From assembly GCA_051294905.1 (NCBI GenBank), contig CM119378.1, forward strand, positions 13,764,001 to 13,828,000: a stretch of 64,000 bases of DNA. The letters run 5' to 3'. A model generated the notes under the pieces. It had not been told where the DNA came from. It made no database searches and was given only the letters and a program-made list of their open reading frames with translations. This document shows positions 50,501 to 59,373 of this stretch, in pieces (positions within the stretch are counted from its first letter, which is position 1; each line of letters begins with the position of its first letter). Source of the DNA: Botryllus schlosseri (taxonomy: Eukaryota). Position numbers and translations under genes: made by a program.

Positions 50501-53500
50501 TTATACAATTAACGGCATTGTCTCTAAACGATAGTACAGAGCAGCAAAAGCCTGCGAGGCTGGCGACGCGATAGTTTGGGCCAGCGACACGACATCTTCA
50601 GCACGAGGTCTATCACAGATGCGATCGCCCAGGCCAACGGTTATGTCGTGCACACCAGGTCTTTTAGAGATGCGATTGATTAGGCCTGTCTTTGACTCAA
50701 TGAATCAGCGAGGTTGCCGCGCTCAATGACCTAATTTCGCTCGCGTGCAAACGGCAAACTAACTAAGCAGGAGACCGCGTGCTGTGCTGGTAACACGCTT
50801 CTCGCTAATTGGCAGCACATAACACTGATAATACGAATTACTGGGCGCGATGGCTGAAAGTGTTGCGCGATTGGAAGCAAACGTGAAGAAAGGTGTGATT
50901 TCAAGTTTTTTTATCGAGGGAGATTTTTTTCAAGCGTGTTGTTCCCATGTGTAATACGCACCCCCCGATTTTAGGGCAAAAAATCATGAGAATTTTGCGC
51001 ATTACACATGGAAAATTACGGTAATATCATTCAAATATGATGTTCACGAGCTGATAAATATTGGAGAAAGAATTAGAATTACAGCACCAATTCACTGTCA
51101 CATCATCGGCAAACATCGCTTGGTCAAATCATAATCCAGTGTGTGTGGTAACAAACAACGAATACGTTACTACTTTCAAAGGTTTTACCTGCCATAGTGC
51201 AAGCGATGATCCTGATATCGGGATCGACGTGACTTTCCGCGATTTCGATCGTGGCTCTCGAATTTCTCGAACTGCCCGCTCTCTCTTTGATGCCGTTAAT
51301 AAGAGACCGCATCGCGCTCCGAATCTGCGTTTCGTGAAAGCGCCGGTTGTACGCGTACTCCGGCTCCATCACGTCGATAAACGGACAGCCCAACGCCGCC
51401 GCCAAGTTCTCTCCTTCGGTCCGCAGCTTAGCCACCTGGAAGGTTACAAAGTAATGAATGTGCCCAAACCCAGTTCGAATTTCGGTAAGCGCGTCACTAT
51501 AAATTTCAAACAGTTGCACCAGGTTCGCCTGACTCAACGATGAGATTTAAGCGTGGTCAACGTTGGTGCATACAAGTTGAGTGTTTCTGTCATGGTTGTA
51601 ATGACAAATGACTCGAGTCGCAATTTTTTGTAGACTCGACTAGTACTCTAGTCATTGCACATGACTCATCACAAGTCTCGTATATCAGGCCGGATAATTG
51701 AAAAATGGGCCCAGAAACTGTTTGAATATATATGTTTAAAGTGAGAAAAATGAGTCTAGTGTGAATCTGAGATTTTCGATATCGTCCAAGTGTTCACAAA
51801 AGCGAGTTGAACCAGACTTGAACTGCATACTGAACAGTAACCACTATGACTTGGACTCATTCTTGAGTCTCAGCACTATGACTCGGACCCGACTTGCTCT
51901 TGCTCCCTCACTAGACTCGGTTGTGTATTGAAAATGACTCGACTTGACTCGACTCAACACTATAAAAATCAAATTGACTCGTGACTGGGAACATTGTGAC
52001 TTAGTTACAACCCTAATGTGTATATTAAGCTTGGAGTCATGCATTCCTGTACCACTGAATATGGTGTCGCAATAATAAGACAGAATAAAATAGAAACTTA
52101 ATGTGATCACTAAGTAAGTAATGCTAGTCCGAGACCCACCTCTTCGGCGGCCATCGCTTGACTGGCGAGCAAAATCGACACCGGCAATCCGTGAAAGAAA
52201 GGCAAAGCCGACGACACCACGTCCGACGGCTGCATCACTGTCTTCTTCAGACTTTCGCAAATGTACCTGCGAGAGGGCGCAAAATTACCAGCAATGGTAG
52301 ACTCAAAAACACGCAGGGATACAGCTTGGATTGTGCCAGGGCTTGAGCCCGGAGGCGGTCATTGTCATTGTCATTGTAAATTTCTGCCGGATTGCGCGTT
52401 GAACGTGGCCAGGTCTGAGAAGTACGCTCCTAACTGAGCCCTTTACGGAAGTAGACGGAGACGTTGAAGACTTTTGTTTGTCAAGCTTTCAGTGAGTAAA
52501 TTAACAATATGAAGTTATTGTTTCGGGTATTTCTGAAGTTATGTACCACAAATGATTGATTAACAAGTTATAATCCACTACCGATGTACAGGGTGTGCGG
52601 AATACGACTGATGAAATAACAAATATCCTAGATTTTCGATAAAAACATTAGGTCACCCGAGATATTTAGGTCGGTTGTCACTCGCTAAGTTGATGCAAAC
52701 CTTTTAAAAAACTACTGTATGAAAGAAAGTGAGCGCGTAGTCTTGCTGAAATATGCGTGAAGTGAAAGCAGGCCAAAACCACTCGTGCATTCTGAATAAG
52801 TAAGTTCTGCTTACTTGCACTACACAATTTCGAAGTCACCATTTCGTCAGGGACAATAGTCAGTAAATAGTAGAGAATTGAAAAGAACGTTGCACATCAA
52901 CAGATGCATCGCCATATATGTTATCACAATTATCAAAATTCGAAAAATAAACAACGCGAACAGATAGCAGATTATTTTGACCATTTTTGGTGATGTAATC
53001 CTGTTCTTACTTGAAGGACTCGACAGTCGAGTACACCGCGATGCACCCGTGCGGCGAAAAGTCCGAAGTCTTGAACGAGTTCCGCGGGCTGGCCACGTCT
53101 CCGTCGATACATCTCAACCGCAGCGTGTGCGCGCAGCCGTCCAAATTGTACGAGTCCTCCGAAGACTGTACCTGACGAAAAACGGTAGAAATTTAAAAAC
53201 TCAAAATATTTGAATGGTATAGTCATATTGAAATGAACCCGAATATTTTCGGCTGACACTCGTCAGGGGTAATCGTCAGCAACTAGTAGAGAATTAGAAA
53301 GAACATTGTATATCAATAACCGTATCACAAATTATGACGTCACCGGCATGAAATTTTGAATAATCGGGGCAATCAGAGTGCTAAGCTCAAAGTACTACCT
53401 TTAGATGGTACACTAACACCTTCCGTTGGCACAGACTTGGATGGCGCATTATGAGATTACAGTCAACTCTAAGGCACACAAATGAAAGAGTGAACGGCCT

Positions 53501-56500
53501 CTCACGACAATGCGAAATCTGAGGTCTTGATAATTTTTCGCGCCAAACAAGATTATCAAACAAATGTTTACCGATGGCAGAATTCATGGCCTTCGTCTGT
53601 TCTGAATCAAGCTTCAGGGTATGAGTCAAGGGTGAACTCTTATTATGAGACTCGCTTGTTCTAATAAATCTGCGGAGAGGACATATTATTTTATTCGGTC
53701 CCGCAAACGTCATGTTGTTCTTCCAACGTATCCACAATCACTGTGGCTCCTATATTCGTACACTGCATTACTTTGTTAAAGGGGGTAGTTGGGTTATCAT
53801 GAAAACCACCTTGGTATTCACCGTGTCGTAACACTTACTGACCACAGAAATCAATTATTTTTCAAAGCGGGTGGAAATTGGACACAAAACTTAGTCTAGT
53901 TTCTATGACAATACCGTGATCTCGTTGGCAAGTTCCCGGGACAGGCCGTCCGCGCCGAGCAGCACCACGTTCAGCGTTTTCGAGTCCGGCCGCAGCGACC
54001 ATTTACTGCTGGGCCACGCTTTCTCCAGCGGCTTTGTCTTCTTTATGGTGTTGACCAGTTCCTGATAAAATAGTTTCAATATTTATTTATATACATTCAC
54101 ACTGTGTTTACCTTCCACATTTTTATGGAGTGGTTGACCACAAGTAAGGACAGTAGAGTTTTTATAGTTGTACGTGATGTTTATGTTGTATAGGATCCCG
54201 TAAAACCAGTCCGTGGACCCTTGCACTTGCAGATACGATAAACGAGACATCCCTATTCCCTACCCTCAAACACTTTGTCCCCCATTGGTCTTGACTGGGG
54301 TAGAGCATTCCCGAGATGTGTCTGGTCAGTATGGCGTCGCGTTCTTTCTGCATGAATTCCATCGCGGTGTATCTGGAAGAGATAAGTTGCTGAAAATTGA
54401 CACCGGCACACTAATGAATGATCTATTATGCGACGCATATTTACACGAGTTCACTCTAAACAAAAGAATTTTATTTACATTATTGGAGAGTTATTTGCGG
54501 TTTCTACGATATTTCAAACACTATTTTAGGACTGGATTCACAAAGCGTATAAAATGCCAATTGACATTTAATCTGAGATAGCAATTTCTTCGAAATGCAA
54601 TTGAGAACCCGGTGAAATTGATATCGCTTTCATAGGGTTTTGTGTCAGATATCTGTGGATTTCTGGTGGATAAATGCACAAAGTAGCTGCATAATTATAC
54701 TGACAAGTCTCGCGGCCGATGTAAGAATGAGATACTGTGCGAAATACAAAGCTATGTATAATTGAGTAGTGTATTCCTATTGAAACGAAATCGAATATTT
54801 CGGCTGACACTCGTCAGGGTTAATCGTCAGCAACTAGAAGAGAATTGGAAAGAACATTGTATTTCAACGATCGCAGTACAAAATATGACGTCACCGGCAT
54901 GAAATTTTGAATAGTCGGGGCGAAGAGTGTGCTTACGCTCAATGTACTATTTTTAGATGGTACACTAACTCCTCAGCGAATTTTGACGAAAGTCGACTCA
55001 AAGGTACATAAATGAAAGTGTGAACGGCTATGTATCGCGAGAAAAACATGAGTTATCACAAATCTTGAAAAGATGACTTGTAATGTCCCTTACGTTATCA
55101 TTAAACCAAGTTCACATTGACAAAACCAACCTTTTATCCACTCCGAGCGCGATATGGATATCGGAATGCGTGCGATTCGTAACAAACGCTTCGGCCATTT
55201 CGTACAGCAGCTCTTGAAAATCAGTCTCGGCCTTTTCCGTGATATCCAACTGGTGTTCTTCGTACATCGAGGTAAGTTCGGCGTCGCTGAGTTCAACCAG
55301 AAAATCAAAGTCTTTGAAATAACGCACCACGTCGCTCCAATCCCGGCCGGCGTACACCTGCGATGTGCAAATCTTCAAAGTCCACCGAAATTTATTATAC
55401 CAAACACCTTTGAGGGCGACAACATGACTTGAAGACATTGAATATCAGAGCATGAAAGAAGGTAGCAGCAAATACAAGCAGTCATTTAATTTCAAAAGTC
55501 AAATGATAAATTCATGACATTTAAAAGTAGGCTTGTGAAGGAAAATTGATTAGATTTTAAAATATTCAAGATTGCATCCCGTATCTCAAATTTCCCAATC
55601 GTTCCGCGATACTATATCATCGGCGATCATTTTCACACGGGCCCAAGCGAGACTAATTATACGATCTTGAATAATTCATGACCGCCTTTTTGTAAACACA
55701 AAGCTGACAGCTTCAAAAACACCACTTCCATCTCACAGCAAATCAACAAGTCAGGCAACACAAAACATAATATCGACCCCATTAACCACATTTGTAGGTT
55801 GTTACCAGGTTGTAACAGGTTGTAACCAAGTCACAAGGTTCCTAGTCGCAAATCAATCTGACTTTTATAGTGTTCACTCGAGTCATTTCCAATTCACCAC
55901 CGAGTCAAGTCAGGGAGCAACGGGTAGAGTCCGAGCCAGCGTCATAGCGTTTACTGTTCGGCACAGAGCTCAAGTCACGTTCAACTCGCTTGTGAATGCC
56001 TCGGATTCATAATACAAGCATTTTTCTCACTCTAAACATGTTTATTCAAACATAATATTATAGAAGACCGTTTCTGGGCTTATCTTTCAATCATCAGTCC
56101 TGATGTATGAGACTTCAATAAGTCATATAGGACGTGTCTAGTCATGCGCAACGACTCGTGTACAAGTCGTTTCGATGCACAGATTGACTCGAGTCGAGTC
56201 ATTTTCCATTTTTTAGAAACTGATTTGAGTCGAGTGGACTCGACTCATTACAACCCTGCCATTAACGCTCTAAAATCAGCTCAAACGGCCGTGATTTCCA
56301 ACTGTACCTGCGCCGAATCCTTCAGCGTCTCCCTGAATATCTTGCGCATGTCGTGCTTGCGCTGCTTCATCTCCAAGTTGGTCCTGTGCTTGAGAAACAA
56401 GTTCTCCGCGTCCGGGGTCTGCAGCAGTTCCAGCGGTATCCGCCTGTCTTCCAGCGAGTGCGTGTGATCGTTCTCGTACCAAGGAACGCCGCCGTTGCTC

Positions 56501-59373
56501 TCGAGCGTTATGAACCAGCTGAGGAAACGAAGGCATTGTCAAAGGTTGCATCAATAACAATAGCAACATATCAAAGTGTGGTGAATCAGTAACAGTGGTG
56601 AGTTGTTACACAGGGACAATTGTTTTACCCCGTTCCAAATATCTGCACGTTCACTTAGTTTTGGGCAATATAACTCGAAACAAACAGCCGTCATGTTTGA
56701 TCTCACGACTAAGGCTGGGGACAATATCAGTCAACGACAAATTACCCAAATCGCTTCAAGTGCTTTTACTTTGAACATGCAGGGATACGAAAATCAACTA
56801 CATGAATTGGTACTTTTCGGAGTATTTGGTTGTATCAAGTATGATTTGATCTTGGTAAATCTAAAAGTTTTGTAAATCCGTAAATGTAAATCCTTCACAA
56901 CGCACCAGGCACTCCGTTATAGCAAGCCTATGACGCTTACCTATGAAACGCCGACTGCTGCGACATCATTGTGATTGTATCCTGCCAATTAGCGCCGAGC
57001 AAACACAGCTCGGGCAAAATAATTTTGAAGGCGCGCGGGAGATACCGTAAATAATTGCTCTGCATCGACAGCCGGTGCTCGTCTCGTAATCTGTTAACGT
57101 GCTTGCGAAATATCTTTGAGGCGTAATTCTTCCCTGAAAAAAAACGAGAGTGCCGTCAAAATCACACTGGGAAAGAACAAAGCAAACTAAATAATGCCTT
57201 GTCCGGGTGAGGTCAACCGTCATCAAACAGATATGCAGAGGTGGTCAATGGTCATGTTACTGTACTACTACTTCACTTTCAACGCAGGCCAGTATCACCA
57301 TCTCTGCCCAGTGCACATATGCACTATAAATTTAGATATGAAAAATATACTTGTCACAATGGCGATAGAGGTCAAGTTAGCCACAGATACAACTCTAGCA
57401 TAGGCAAGGCAACTCTTTCCAAAGCATTTCTGCAGCAATACCGGATCGATAGCAGAGAACTGGTTTAACATTTTCGCAACTACGTCCATAGTCACTGCCT
57501 ACCCACATTGCGTCAATAACTCCTGATTATTACCAATCGGAAAAAATTCTTCCGCATAACACACATATCCGCAATTAATCACGCACTCCTAAAATAGTTT
57601 AGTGTTGCTAATCTCGGTTATCAACACTAAGGAGTAACAATAAAATGCACGATTTCTCAAATCCAAACAGCAGATTTCCACATACCCAGTAACTCGACGT
57701 ATCTCTTATAGGGCAGCTCGTCTTCGACACCCTTTCTCGCAGTGGCCCATTGCACGTGATATGAGGTCACGACCTTCGACAGCAGCCTGCTCAGGTCCTC
57801 TGTCGCGTTGTTCAGAATCTCCTGCCTAGTCTTGGACGCATCGTCGTAAGATACGATCTGGAAGTTAAATTTCAAAGAATAAGCCATTCGCGGCCGCAGA
57901 ACTTCAGAATTACATGAAACCCTTTGTTCATGTCGTCATGAATTCACTAAAATCTTTCCGGACAACTCTCATCAGCATCAAAAGTCAGTAATATGGTGAA
58001 TCATATTGAAAATTTACTTGTCTGTGGAAATTCTATTTTTCATTTGAAGGTCCTGGAGAGTGGAGACTATGATCATAAAGCTGCAAAAGTCGATTCATAG
58101 TTGACAATAGGGACATCACTACACTCTTGGAATCTTTCAGTAATGCTCTGTGTCATTGTTTTCGGTTATATATAATGGAATATATACTTATTTACGTTTG
58201 TTCCGTACTGTGTCGTACCACCCCGTCTAATAGAAGTTTGTTTTGTTTTTAATACGTCACACAGACAAATATTTCCCGAATTTCGAAGTTGGTAAATCAT
58301 ACTAGTGAAGTTTGCTACAGATTTTAGTGTATAATTAACAGTATGCCATCGCTTTAAGAGTAAGGTGGAAAAATTAAAATTTTCAAATTCAAAAACATTC
58401 AAAATTTGCACACCGTATGTATTCGCAGTGTGGTAAGCATTCGGGTCCAGCAGCCATGCCCTCTATTCACGGTTTACATTTTACCGGTCTGGGGGATTCT
58501 ACAGTGTTATGGGTAAACGCAATCCCCAACAGTTCGTAAAGCGGCGCTGCTTTATAGAGGCACTAATTTAGCAGATGAGGCAAAAACATTTACAAGACGC
58601 ATCGCGTGTGGTCCTACATCGGCGCAAACATTTCTTGCAAATATTACTCATTGTGTCACAGGAATTTTAAACAACTGTCTATCATGTGCTGCCGCACACT
58701 TCCAATACACAAACAAGATTGTGCGCTCGCAGGGTGAGGAGAAAACGCTTTCTGACTGCCATAATACCTACTTCCAATGTTTTGTTCCGGTAAATCACAG
58801 AGACAGTCGCACATTCAGCACTCTAGGCATTTGATATCAAAACAAGTGGGGTGATTCATTCTGTAATCTCACAGGACATGGTCAGCAACGATGTACCTCT
58901 ACTTTTTTCTGAGCGCTAAAGTAAGTTTTGCTTACTTAACCTACTTGCTAAATTGGTTATGTTTCTCTTGGACAAAGTCTTTAAAATGCAACTTCTACTT
59001 GCGATTGAGTAGAATTTTACGGCATCATTTGTATGCAAAGCCATGCTGATTACTTTGACCACTCCTGAATCTCACCAACTGTCAAGGGCAAGGTTTCAGG
59101 GGCAAAGAGTTTCTTAATCCAACTGACCTTTGACCTCGACCTGGCTTTATCGATCATCTGCGCGAGCACCATGAACGCCAGCTCGACGTTGATGTTTTCG
59201 GCGGCCGACGTCTCCACGACGGGTATGGCGCTCCTTCTGCCGCTGGGGGCGGCCGCAAATTTCTCGGCCTCTTTCACAAACGATTGGACCCCCTCGTCGC
59301 ATTTCGTCAACGCCAGGACGACGGGCTTCTTCGTCTTTTGGAGGTAGTGGTAGCAGTTTTGCACAAATTTGAC
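26325..59373 (-). CDS. ARHGAP35: p190 Rho GTPase-activating protein (ARHGAP35/ARHGAP5 co-ortholog), 5'-partial, at least 24 exons
   Basis: Domain order GTPase, FF repeats, pG1/pG2 pseudoGTPases, low-complexity linker, RhoGAP. All traced introns are GT-AG and phases agree, except one unresolved gap (41894-46577, phase 1 to 0). About the first 180 aa of the GTPase domain are not found in 59374-64000. Confidence 0.92.
27139..27241 (-). CDS. ARHGAP35: p190RhoGAP exon (RhoGAP)
   Basis: MPDSMRNLAVRGVVRKLPSPNYVTFKYLCTHLN; AG/GTAAGT, phase 1 to 2. Confidence 0.88.
27461..28238. mobile_element. hAT Buster-type MITE in p190 intron
   Basis: TIRs CAGGGGTGGGCAACCT/AGGTAGGCCACCCCTG; TSD ATCTACGA/ATCTATGA (7/8, central TA). 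Confidence 0.8.
28785..28922 (-). CDS. ARHGAP35: p190RhoGAP exon (RhoGAP)
   Basis: DHSVDLSSLSVTVQTIAGCLTWFF...LPEPLIP; phase 1 to 1. Confidence 0.9.
28989..29066 (-). CDS. ARHGAP35: p190RhoGAP exon with the arginine finger
   Basis: GISNEGLYRIPAN, the RhoGAP EG(L/I)YR motif; phase 1 to 1. Confidence 0.92.
29856..30057 (-). CDS. ARHGAP35: p190RhoGAP exon (start of RhoGAP domain)
   Basis: EKDQQKKIK...SEYFNRGL...PLFVEKCVEYIEQYG; AG/GTGAGT. Confidence 0.9.
35928..36021. repeat. Small hairpin: perfect 20-bp inverted repeat, 54-nt spacer
   Basis: CAGTATTTGGCCACTAACGT ... ACGTTAGTGGCCAAATACTG. Confidence 0.85.
39307..39456 (-). CDS. ARHGAP35: p190RhoGAP linker exon (charged)
   Basis: SMRRGTSHE...KEEKMMKQRLKDEEKRRRDEEKRR; phase 0 to 0; GTAAGC donor. 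Confidence 0.8.
39510..39702. mobile_element. Short hAT MITE (193 bp)
   Basis: Perfect TIR CAATGTTCCCTCTA/TAGAGGGAACATTG; TSD ATCTTCAG/GTCTTCAG. Confidence 0.88.
39720..39850. mobile_element. Diverged fragment of the TAGGGCTC long-TIR MITE family
   Basis: TTTCTCAAATTGAACTGGCTACTTCATAAAAGTGTAAGGCTACCTAATT resembles the arm of 18928 and 20744. Confidence 0.55.
40069..40291 (-). CDS. ARHGAP35: p190RhoGAP linker exon
   Basis: HSTSSPHTKSKFF...DARSDPEPNT; GC-rich and open; phase 2 to 0 fits neighbours. Confidence 0.75.
40910..41046 (-). CDS. ARHGAP35: p190RhoGAP linker exon
   Basis: KALGEMVSDGANFPYMVGPYDPKKTG...; AG/GTGAGT; phase 0 to 2. Confidence 0.72.
41759..41893 (-). CDS. ARHGAP35: p190RhoGAP linker exon (Ser-rich)
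   Basis: EGPGLSDLSSYTKPASSSSS...VIKPR; AG/GTAAGT; phase 0 to 0. Confidence 0.65.
46578..46806 (-). CDS. ARHGAP35: p190RhoGAP linker exon (Ser/Pro-rich)
   Basis: DDDSRPGSPDKF...NELDSSWN; AG/GTAAGT; phase 0 to 1. Confidence 0.75.
47212..47741. mobile_element. Palindromic (foldback) MITE, ~530 bp, in p190 intron
   Basis: GATAGATGCGCAACACCCGTCGTCACGCTTGCTTGCTC...GAGCAAGCAAGCGTGACGACGGGTGTTGCGTATCTATC; imperfect arms of ~240 bp; possible TA target. Confidence 0.85.
48245..48527 (-). CDS. ARHGAP35: Two p190RhoGAP exons (48421-48527 and 48245-48347), end of pG2
   Basis: ARFMTV...YTTFFKDAWERKEQTEA corresponds to FHPFFKDVVEKK of p190; phases 0-2-0. Confidence 0.82.
48952..49101 (-). CDS. ARHGAP35: p190RhoGAP exon (pG2)
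   Basis: AYPIQMVCM...EANNLADTLQ; phase 0 to 0. Confidence 0.85.
49310..49696. mobile_element. hAT MITE, GAGTC-repeat family
   Basis: TIR CAGGGTTGTAA/TTACAACCCTG; TSD GGTCAAGG/GATCAAGG. Confidence 0.88.
49770..50083 (-). CDS. ARHGAP35: p190RhoGAP exon (pG2)
   Basis: ...TSYQNARHILNKKQTVHGFLLLFD..RPASY corresponds to LSYHSS...LVHGYIVFYS; phase 1 to 0. Confidence 0.88.
50291..51023. mobile_element. Tc1/mariner (Tigger/pogo-like) MITE
   Basis: TA-CCGTAAATTTCC...GGAAAATTACGG-TA, with TATAGTACGCACCC/TAATACGCACCC subterminal repeats. Confidence 0.75.
51189..51435 (-). CDS. ARHGAP35: p190RhoGAP exon (pG1/pG2 boundary)
   Basis: EGENLAAALGCPFID...FHETQI...DPDIRIIACTMAG corresponds to QGQQIASKLQCVFLD...DLRIVMCLMCG. 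Confidence 0.9.
51591..52015. mobile_element. hAT MITE, GAGTC-repeat family, reverse orientation
   Basis: CATGGTTGTAA...TTACAACCCTA ends and GACTCGAC arrays; TSD not evident. Confidence 0.7.
52140..52266 (-). CDS. ARHGAP35: p190RhoGAP exon (pG1)
   Basis: YICESLKK...HGLPVSILLA corresponds to YVVESIEK...HLPLTLILV. Confidence 0.85.
53011..53171 (-). CDS. ARHGAP35: p190RhoGAP exon (pG1)
   Basis: YNLDG...IDGDVASPRNSFKTSDFSPHGCIAVY corresponds to PVNSFQTPTFQPHGCLCLY. Confidence 0.9.
53222..53500 (-). mobile_element. Hammerhead-bearing dispersed repeat (Penelope-like tail or retrozyme-like); related copies at ~54790-55030, ~16602-16695 and degenerate ~52844-52900
   Basis: About 250 bp shared with 54790-55030 (GAAAGAACATTGTAT...TATGACGTCACCGGCATGAAATTTTGAAT...TAGATGGTACACTAAC...AAATGAAAG.GTGAACGGC). 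Confidence 0.75.
53237..53280 (-). ncRNA. Minimal type I hammerhead ribozyme, sense strand of a p190RhoGAP intron
   Basis: Reverse complement reads GCTGACGATTACCCCTGACGAGTGTCAGCCGAAAATATTCGGGT, identical to 16637-16680. Confidence 0.75.
53915..54061 (-). CDS. ARHGAP35: p190RhoGAP exon (start of pG1)
   Basis: TLNVVLLGADGLSRELANEI corresponds to INLVILGKDGLARELANEI. Confidence 0.92.
54264..54372 (-). CDS. ARHGAP35: p190RhoGAP exon (end of FF region)
   Basis: RYTAMEFMQKERDAILTRHI corresponds to [20 protein letters not shown]. Confidence 0.88.
54788..54831 (-). ncRNA. Degenerate hammerhead copy
   Basis: Core CTGACGA-GTGTCAGCC-GAAA and the pseudoknot are kept; one A is missing from helix III and the helix I 3' strand is mutated (GATT). 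Confidence 0.5.
55131..55357 (-). CDS. ARHGAP35: p190RhoGAP exon (FF domains)
   Basis: GRDWSDV...HQLDITEKAETDFQELLYE corresponds to HQKQIIDKAKEEFQELLLE. Confidence 0.92.
55787..56258. mobile_element. hAT MITE, GAGTC-repeat family, with a stuttered left end
   Basis: Right TIR TTACAACCCTG; perfect 8-bp flanks CCATTAAC (55779-86, 56259-66); the left end has GGTTGT(T/A)AC three times. Confidence 0.75.
56308..56518 (-). CDS. ARHGAP35: p190RhoGAP exon (FF)
   Basis: WFITLE...PW...RRIPLELL.TPDAE.LF...MRKIFRETL corresponds to WFVVLEETPW...RIPFDLM...MRRAFKENL. Confidence 0.92.
56941..57133 (-). CDS. ARHGAP35: p190RhoGAP exon (FF)
   Basis: GKNYASKIFRKHVNRLRDEH...YLRYLPRAFKIILPEL; phase 1 to 2. Confidence 0.88.
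57686..57857 (-). CDS. ARHGAP35: p190RhoGAP exon (FF1)
   Basis: IVSYDDA...LLSKVVTSYHVQW...YKRYVELLG; phase 0 to 1. Confidence 0.88.
59128..59373 (-). CDS. ARHGAP35: p190RhoGAP exon (C-terminal part of the N-terminal GTPase domain)
   Basis: KTKKPVVLALTKCDEGV...VVETSAAENINVELAF..LAQMIDK corresponds to KTKKPIVVVLTKCDEGV...VVETSARSNVNVDLAF. Confidence 0.94.

Noticed and set aside
48057-51543. Plus-strand ORFs of 115-166 aa (48057, 49707, 51061)
   Set aside because: Antisense shadows of GC-rich p190RhoGAP exons.
57950-57990. CTGATGA...GGAAA on the minus strand as another hammerhead
   Set aside because: Lacks the pyrimidine before GAAA and helices I and III.
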